From Macrostomum lignano (Eukaryota): a DNA stretch of 64,000 bases. Position 1 is the first letter of the stretch. Every line of letters begins with the position of its first letter. Location: assembly GCA_002269645.1 (NCBI GenBank), contig NIVC01000150.1, positions 434,001 to 498,000 of the forward strand, read 5' to 3'. The notes under the pieces are model-generated. The model saw only the letters and a list, made by a program, of their open reading frames with translations, was not told where the DNA came from and did no database searches. This document shows positions 53,851 to 64,000 of the stretch, one piece after another. Both the position numbers and the translations under genes were made by a program.

Positions 53851-56800
53851 GTGTATAAATTATGCATGATGCTCCATGAGCAATACTAGGTATCAAGATT
53901 TGTTGCAAGAGATCAGCTTGCAAAAATTGGTTGATTGCACATAGCAAGATAGAAAGATAGGAATTGAAGCTGAAGATATATATAGTCTACCAATTTTCAG
54001 CAACCCTAGACTGGGGCCTCTACATAGATCTTCAATATTTTTTGCTATATTACTTACAAATATTCTCAACTCTATAGACTATTAGTAGTCCTTAATGAAT
54101 TTTGATAGGATAAATGACCCATATAGACGCATATATATATGGTTGCATAATGCATAAATATATAAGATTTATAAGACATGGATACATATTGGCTAGAATT
54201 AGAGTTGAGTATGCATGGGTAATATATTTGTATAAAAAATAGCATTGGAACATTTTACCTATTTACAGTAATACTGGTAAAGTTGAATGCTAAATTTTAT
54301 TGTTTTAAATTAAATAAGATAATTATTAAAACAATGTCACCAATACCAATTCATATAAATAGCAATGACTATGCAGTTATATTAGGTACATATTACTCAT
54401 ATAATAAAAACTTTGGCTATTTTGTCAATAGGCAAATGGGAATACCCTAGTCCCTCATTATTGGTCACTTTGTTAACTGCCAATAAAGTCATCCTAACAC
54501 TTTTATAACTTTGTCAACTCAGTTAACAAAATGCCAATTGACAAAATGATTATTACCTAAATCCAATATATGCTTTCTGTCAAGTTTGGTTTTTTATATA
54601 TTATTATATATACTATATACTTGATTTTTATCTTACAATTCTCACTTATTATAGAATATATTTAATTCATAAATTCTACTGAAGGGATTCTATAATAAAA
54701 CTAAAACATATAGGCTAAATTTGTAAAGATATAAGTTAATTCTAATATTAAGCTTTCTATGACTCAAATTTATTTTAAGAAACAATAGGCCTGAGGCATT
54801 TTTACTAAGGATCAAATAATAAATCCTAATTCTCATACAAATACAAATAGTATGTGTTTGTAATATAAAAGAATGCCAAGTTTATTAAGTCATTGAATTA
54901 ATTTACCAATTGTTCAAAGACATAGTCAAGAGATAGGCAAAGATATTTGCCAAAGATAATAGTCAAAAGAGATCATTAATATTAGTTACAAGTCTATCTA
55001 TACTTCAGAAAAAGTTAGTCTCTAGAGTCTAGATTAATGTCTAATTTATTTTATTAATTATAAAACTACAAGTTGAAACACCATTTTGACTTATATTAGT
55101 GCCCTAAAACTAAAAGATTTCTTTTAGAAAGAATTTTTAGACTTTTTTATTATTCTTAAACTTAGATTAGTCTGATTAGAAGACTAAATTTAAATTTAAA
55201 AAATTAAAAAATTAAACATAAAAAATGTCATAATATTGTTTGACAACAAAATCAATGATAATGACATGACAGTGTCATATTGACATTCATTGTCAAGTGG
55301 TGCAACCAGGGGGGGTGGGGGCGAAGGTGGGGCATGGGGGGCAGGGGTGGGATGCGGGAGGCTAGACAGTCACCTACTCTTAGGTGGAAGCTGGAAAAAA
55401 ATCAAAGGGAGGACCAAGCAAGTTTTCACCAAAACAAAGCCACCCCTCCGCCCCCCTCCCAGGTCTTTACCCTCCAGAATATGCTATGCCCCCTCTAAAA
55501 AAATTCTGGTTGCACTACTGATATTATCATATTGATAATTAAGAATTAGAATTAGGATATTCTTAGAATTACAGAGAATTAGAATAATAAAAACTTGACT
55601 CTGGCAAGCTTGAGCCATTAGCCAATTGTAATACGATGTATTACAGAAACTTTTCTGAAAATTTTTAGCCTATACTATACTATCTACATTACATAAGCAT
55701 GAGAGGTCAACAGTTTTCTATCACTTTGCACCAAAAAAAATTCTAATAAGTAAATAGTTTCAACATTTTCCTAAATGCGATATAATATTTACTAGGGGCT
55801 CGGCCTACATCCTACGAATGAAAGATAGGCCTAAAATGAATTAAACGTAGTCCCTTTCGTCAAAACAATTAATAGAGTCATAGAGATAAGATAGTTACAG
55901 TTTCAAATATAAATTGCTGAGATACACGTAAAAAATCCAAGAAAAAAGAGCACGAAAGCTTATCATATCCGTTTAGTACTTCTATAAAGATCAGAAATCT
56001 TTTTAATTTTTGCTGTCTTAAAACTTTAGAAGTGTTAAAACACTTAAATAAATGACACAGGCTTTAAGTTTTGTTTTTTCTTTTAAAGTCGATTCAAAAT
56101 TATCGTGTAGACTGCTTTCCTAGAAGTAGAAATTTAAATGATAATTTTTCTGAAATTAATCTCACAAAGAAATAGATAATGACAAACCGTTTTTAGTATT
56201 GTGGGATATACAGGGTGTAACTTGATTGTGCGATCCTTTAGAGCGCACTGAATCCAGACTCTGGCGCAGAAAATCTCAGCCGCCAGGCCCTAAAACTAAT
56301 ATAATTGCGATACGAATAATAAGTTTTAGTCTCTGACAAACCTACTAGGACTTGGAGTGGTTTAGAGATTTTAAAACTAGTACTGTAATACCATTTGCTT
56401 ATCGCCGGTCGGAAAGTCCCACCAGACTTTCTTCAATAGTTGCGTCGGCTGGTGCATGGAGGACTACTTACTTGTACATGTAGACCAATGGCCATACCCG
56501 CACCAAGTGCAACTATAGACACCTGTTGCGAATTTCTCTAGTTTCGCTGATCAGGCCTCGACGGTGGGCAAACCCTATAACTGCTGGAAATCCTCAGCTA
56601 TCTCTCAAGCATTCCGTCATCACACGCGCCGTCAGCATTTTCAACAGATGGCACCACTTGCTCTAAACCCGCAAAACTGCGTCTGTTTTTACTCTTTTTT
56701 ATTGAAGACGGACGGTGGTTGTATAAATCATCTTGATAAATCATCAAGCGTGCATGGGTGCCGCAGAGAGCGGCAAGGGCCGAAGCGAAGTGTCCCACGA

Positions 56801-56866
56801 GTCGACGAGATACGTCCCATGCGCTCGACCTTGAAGTGCCTTGGTCGGCGTCTCCAAGCAACCGAA

Positions 56867-56960
56867 TGACGTCACCTGCCTAGTCGTACCATGATTGGCT
56901 ACTAAAAAGGGGTGGGTGCCCGCGGCTAAGGAGTGGGGAAAATCAGGATTTCATGTGACT
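56867..56960. promoter_or_regulatory. Candidate bidirectional promoter (CRE, CCAAT, GT box, E-box)
   Basis: TGACGTCA at 56867-56874, GATTGG at 56893, GGGTGGG at ~56910, CATGTGAC at ~56952. CpG-rich, with outward-facing donors GTAAGT (minus, 56471) and GTAAGG (plus, 57044). Confidence 0.45.
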
Positions 56961-59869
56961 TGGTAGAAATGGCTCGCGGGCGCGGAAATTTGATTGTTAC
57001 GCGTTGCATTTTAGTGATTTCGAATAAAAGAGCGGAGGTTGAGGTAAGGAAAACGGAGGGAAGTGGTGGAAAACGAAAACATGCTTTTAAATTTCGACTG
57101 TATACTATTGTAAAAGTTTCATGTATTTATTTGATTAAATGTGATGTTTGGTGATGAAAAAAAAATTACCTGACGGAACATTAAAAAAAAATCATTAAAA
57201 ATATTTACACTTCAAAAATGTCATTCTCAATGTGCTTTCTATCTTACTGTTAGTAGCGCAATTGAGTAGTAATAGCTTATTGTTGCTTATGATATTTCAT
57301 GCTAGCTCGGATACAGCCGAAAAGAAACGCGGTTTACAAACTTCATCTACTCTCTTACAATATTAATGTCATGTTATACAATCAAAGCTTCATTATCCCA
57401 TCAAAAAAAAACAAATACATTTTTAAAAGTGGAAACTTTAACGTGAATTCGATTTCTGCGGTTTCTATGTCCTGTGACTTAATTGCTTTATTTTAAATTC
57501 ACCAGACATTGCCAGGGATTTGCCATTCATTTGTCTGACAGTTTGATCGGAGCAGCATTATTGTGAATTCTGGCACAGCTCAAGCAATAAAATAGAAGCA
57601 AATAACGACAAGTGGGCAGAGAGCAGTGCCCTGGTTAGAGACGGTTTTGGATTCCGAGAGCTGCCATGGCCACTCAAAAATTGCTTTTCCCGGGCGAATT
57701 GAATTACACAACTTGCTCACCCGTATCTCTCGGCTATCAACACTCCTGCCTGTCCTGCGCTTCCCTCGCTTCTCAAATACTGCAGCAGACCAGCAATGCA
57801 AGGGACAGGCTCTTGCCTGCGCCGGAAACACCCTTAATGGAGTAATCGTGTTTGAATTGACGCGCCTCAACTCAACCGTCTCGACCTTCGAAGCAGCAGA
57901 TTCTGTCAGCCAGGCCGCTATAAACATTTCAGTCCACACGCTCAGTATTGTATGAAGTAGTCAGTTTTTTCCCCAAAACCACTTCTCTCCCCTCTTGCTT
58001 CTACAATCAGAGCTCTCTCTGTGAGCGCGGCCTGTGTAGGCCATCACGCACCGCTGCAGGCTGTGCTGTTGATGCTTCCGATTGGTGAGAGGCTGAGAGC
58101 GACAGCACGCACCGGTTGTGCTGACAATGTGTAAGACTTGTTGTGCTGAACAACCCCGCCAGGCTCTGTCCGTCTCTTCAATTCAAGGACAGGCCTCTCC
58201 CTGCAGCTATTTCAGTGTTGGACCGTTAATCACTCAGCAATGCTTTACCTGCTGCAGCTCCGCCGTCAATTGAATCCATCACAGAGCCCTACTGGCTGCG
58301 TCAACTTGTAGCTCTGGCCGTAGCCACCCACTTCCTGCTCCTCTCTAACCCCCTTTCAACTTCCCAGGATTTGGACCCTTCAGGTCTTGCAGCATCCGGA
58401 ACCACGGACCCAACCCCCTCCCGCCCGCTCTTGACCTCAGCGCGTTCCCCTGAATATCCCGCCGGAGAGGCACCGGCACCCCCTCCAGGACAAGCCACCT
58501 TCCGGTTGCCACCCCCTTCCTCTTTTATTCCTCAATAAACCCTCCGGAGCATGTTGAGCACTTGTGCTGCAGCCGGTCCCGACTGGCATGACTATAAACC
58601 GAATTAACTGAAGCGATTCTTGAGCCTTGGGCTGCCCAGTCTCTCGGCAATTCAACACGGGTTCCCCCCCTGTTCCAGGCCTATTCTTCTTTGCTTGACG
58701 CGAACAGGAGGAAGGGAGGAGGGTAAAGAAGGAAAAAAACTGGGCCAGTTCGCGCGCTCTTCCAGGCGTGCCGCTGAATGGCCCCGCGATGCTCAACTCC
58801 CCCCCCCCATCCCCGATTGCCCCTGCGGGCTGTGAGTCGGCGCACTCGCTCACAACAATTTTTGAAGGGATCAAGGAGGCAGGAAGTGCAGCTCCTCTGG
58901 TGCGCCGATGGGAAGCGATAATGCGGGACGCACAATGCATATAGCCCTGTAGAGTAGGCGCGGCTTCCTCATGTTGCTGATGACTTGAGACTGGCCTGTG
59001 TCCGTGTTGCTTTCAGTCTTCTGCTTTTTCTGATTTTTTGCACCAGCTTTTTCTATAGCACTAAATTTGCAGTGTCTCTCACTCTGGGCTTCTGAGACCA
59101 AACTTAAGCGCCTATCTAACTTCCATCTCGCCCAATGCATTTTGCATCCTTCTAATTAAACTAACATTTGCCTCTTTCAGTTATTGAAATTAATAGTAAC
59201 AGCTTGATAGTAGATTTTTCACCGTAAAAGAATGACAGAAAGAACTCCTCGAGGGGCCTGGTGACCACGTGGGACCCCCCGGTGTGTCAGATTGCCCAGA
59301 TACTATAATAATAATAATTCCTCATAATTCATTTTCTCTCTCTTATCGTGCGAAATAATTCGAAAATTCAAATTGACCGAAAAACTGACCACTTAAAATG
59401 GAATAGAGTCCCAGATGGACTGGGCCTGATTGGCGTTTGAAAACTCTTTTGAAGAATTTTGGTGCAAAGTGGCCGGCAAATTTCACACCTCGCGTGGCAA
59501 GTGGAAACGAAAGAATAAAAAACTTTAGAAGGCACTCAAGTGAGCACTGCCGCGAGTTCGGAGAACTTGTGCTGGAGACTGAGACTTGGGATGAAGCCTC
59601 CAGAGTGGTCCCAGCAGGATCCACAGCGAGTGCTGCTCTGTCCTGTTGCCAGGGAAGTTAAGTGCTGTGCTTCTGAGAAATTTATCATAGGCAAAAAATT
59701 CTTAGGACACCTGGGGAGCTTGAATAATATTCATGATTATTGTGCATTAAGTTAATTATATGGTTGCAAAGGAAAAAACCCGCTCGCATGGTGTGACAGT
59801 CGCATCCGAGCTTTCATTCTGTCATTCACCTTTGTGTCAGCAGTTGCACATCTCTGTATGAAGTTTGTG

Positions 59870-60270
59870 CAGCTGTCTGTAATTCCCCATCATTGCTGTC
59901 TGTAATTCCCCATTATTACTGTCTGTAATTCCCCAATTATTGCTGTCTGTAATTCCCCAATTATTACTGTCTGTAATTCCCCAATTATTGCTGTCTGTAA
60001 TTCCCCAATTATTACTGTCTGTAATTCCCCAATTATTGCTGTCTGTAATTCCCATTATTGCTGTCTTTAATTCCCAATTATTGTTGTCTGCAATTCCCAT
60101 TATTGCTGTCTGTAATTCCCCATTATTTATGTCTGTAATTCCAATTATTGTTGTCTGCAATTCCCCATTGTTGTTGTCTGTAATTCCCCTTTGTTTCTGT
60201 CTGTAATTCCCCAATTATTGCTGTCTGTAATTCTCATTACTGCTCTGTCCATAATTCCCCGTTTATCTCC
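59870..60270. repeat. 24-bp minisatellite
   Basis: CTGTCTGTAATTCCCCAATTATTG variants. Confidence 0.92.
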
Positions 60271-61702
60271 GTCTGTAATTACTTTCCTCCTTTCCTGTAA
60301 TTCGCCCCCATACCCACGCCAGTCCAGCCTCGCTCCCACCAATATTTTGCTATCTGCCAGTTCCGCCTCACCCCCCGCCACAGCTCCGTGTTGGCTGAAA
60401 ACTTGCATTAGCAAAATTAAAGCAAAGTTCCAGCAGAAGGCAGCTCGGCTGTGCTCCCGGTGTGTTTGCCTCTCTCCCGCCCCCATGGCTGGCACGGGCT
60501 TCACCGCCAGAATCCCACAGGCCACACAGGCAGAGCTGCAGGCCAGAACTGTTTATTGCTTTCCCAACAACACAAAAAAATCACCGCTAATTCTCCTCAC
60601 TCGCCTGTCACAGTTAAGGGATTTTTTGCCCTCAGCTGGACCCCGGCCTGGCCCTACCTGCATGATGACTATGATGGCATTGAAAGCAAAGAGCGGACTG
60701 CAGCTTAGGGGCTCCCGCATCCGCCTACACCCGACTCTATCAGCCTCTCTTGGCCGGAAACTGAGTTGGGAGACAGAGAGACAGAGATGGAGGAGGGGAG
60801 GGCCCAGCTAGCGAGTGAGCGAATTTTGTGTGTGTGGGGGGGAATCGCTGAGATTCTCTGAACTCATAAAATGACTGATGCTCTCCCGGTCTGAGCTGGG
60901 GGCAGCCAGGCAGGCAGACTGACTGAGAGAGAAAACTTGTAGAAATGAGCACCAGAAAGTGGAGCACCGCATGCGGGGTGGGGGTGATGATCAACCTGAG
61001 CTGTGATTGCTGCAGGGGATTGTTGCCAGAGTCGGTCCCCAGCCTCCACTCCCCATCCAGCGCTAATAAGATAATGCACCGGCGGGATTAATTGGTGAAT
61101 TGATGAGGCTGCTGCAGTCGCCAGGAATTTCTCATGACCCTGGGAAAAATATTATATGGAGGCCGTAATGCCCCCCATCCCGACTTCCGGCTGGAATATA
61201 GATTTGTTGTCCAGCCTCAGGAATTAGCTTCATCAGTTTCTGCGTCCCAGAATCTCGTTTGGTTAAATACTGCAGGCTGGGCACCAGCGGACCAGCTTCA
61301 TCATAATCAAACAATGAGCAGCTCAGAGTCTGGAACTCCCATTGTCCCCCGAGCCATTGTTTCACTCGCTGATTTTTTTCTTGCTTGAGAGAAGCTGCAC
61401 GGACCCGCTCGGACAATGGATGGAACCAGATGAAGCCGCTGGACCTGCAGGCTCGATGGAGGCTGCGATTGCATATTGAAGGCAGATTCATATCTCCTCT
61501 CATTCTCCGATAATAATTATTAGTGACGGTTATTGAAGTCAGTCAATGAGTCATCAAGTCTGTCGGCGAGTTTCCTGTGGAAATTGGCTGGCTAAATTAA
61601 GTTTAGTATGAAGTTTTTTCCCAATAAAATTGATTTTAATAAAAAAATGAAATTAGCTTCGTCCATACTTCTGTCTCAGTTTCTTAGTTCTGCATGGCCT
61701 AA

Positions 61703-62210
61703 GTGTCTGTCTATCTGTCTCAGTGTCTGTCTATCTGTCTCAGTGTCTGTCTATCTGTCTCAGTGTCTGTCTATCTGTCTCAGTGTCCGTCTATCTGTCT
61801 CAGTGTCCGTCTATCTGTCTCAGTGTCTGTCTATCTGTCTCAGTGTCTGTCTATCTGTCTCAGTGTCTGTCTATCTGTCTCAGTGTCTGTCTATCTGTCT
61901 CAGTGTCTGTCTATCTGTCTCAGTGTCTGTCTATCTGTCTCAGTGTCTGTCTATCTGTCTCAGTGTCCGTCTATCTGTCTCAGTGTCCGTCTATCTGTCT
62001 CAGTGTCTGTCTATCTGTCTCAGTGTCTGTCTATCTGTCTCAGTGTCTGTCTATCTGTCTCAGTGTCTGTCTATCTGTCTCAGTGTCTGTCTATCTGTCT
62101 CAGTGTCTGTCTATCTGTCTCAGTGTCTGTCTATCTGTCTCAGTGTCTGTCTATCTGTCTCAGTGTCCGTCTATCTGTCTCAGTGTCTGTCTATCTGTCT
62201 CAGTGTCTGT
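61703..62210. repeat. 20-bp minisatellite
   Basis: About 25 copies of CTATCTGTCTCAGTGTCTGT. Confidence 0.96.
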
Positions 62211-62294
62211 GTCTGTGTTAGTTTCTATCTGTCTATCTGTTTTAGTTTCTGCCCTAGGTGTCTGTCTCAGTGTCTGTCTTAGTACTACCATAAG

Positions 62295-63761
<1,467 letters not shown>

Positions 63762-64000
63762 GGAAGCCAGCTCATGTCAGGCCAGCTGCACAGCTCGCCA
63801 TCAGCTCATTCAGTCCGAGCAAAGCAGGCAGGCCAGCAGAGTCGCCCAGCTCAGGACGCAAGCAGCCCCATTAGCTGATTATTGACTTGGCGCAGTGACC
63901 AGAAAATTTCCACCTTCCTGAGTTCGCAAAGTCCTCCGCATAGCAGAAATGCGGAAATTTGATTGTCAAACAAAATCAAATCACTGCCAAGTCAAGCAAC

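Noticed and set aside
56461-56870. Possible ACB-domain exon, SL RNA or snRNA gene
   Set aside because: No ACB-like translation in any minus frame, and no match to the leader or snRNA sequences I know.

Overview
Eukaryotic, intron-containing animal genomic DNA. GC-rich exons sit among very abundant tandem repeats (about 25 kb, roughly 40% of the window by my tally). The architecture resembles that described for the flatworm Macrostomum, but the species is an inference. I reconstructed four spliced genes with GT-AG introns in consistent phase: coatomer alpha (COPA, +, 9 exons, 1241 aa), a class A peptide-type GPCR (+, 3 coding exons), SEL1L/Hrd3 (-, 10 exons, ~930 aa) and an ACBD3/TMED8-like GOLD protein (-, 5 coding exons) that appears to lack the acyl-CoA-binding domain. 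A fifth, unidentified Gly/Gln-rich ORF on the minus strand runs off the left edge and is missing from the supplied ORF track. Main points of interest: (1) 19 of 23 introns carry their own minisatellite, and several share seed motifs or lie inside a TIR-bounded element; (2) sharply bounded, almost CpG-free AT-rich islands, one holding a decayed mariner transposase, suggest local methylation-driven or RIP-like mutation; (3) a perfect RFX X-box palindrome lies just upstream of the GPCR. I found no rRNA, tRNA or CRISPR array. Most long ORFs in the track are repeat artefacts.
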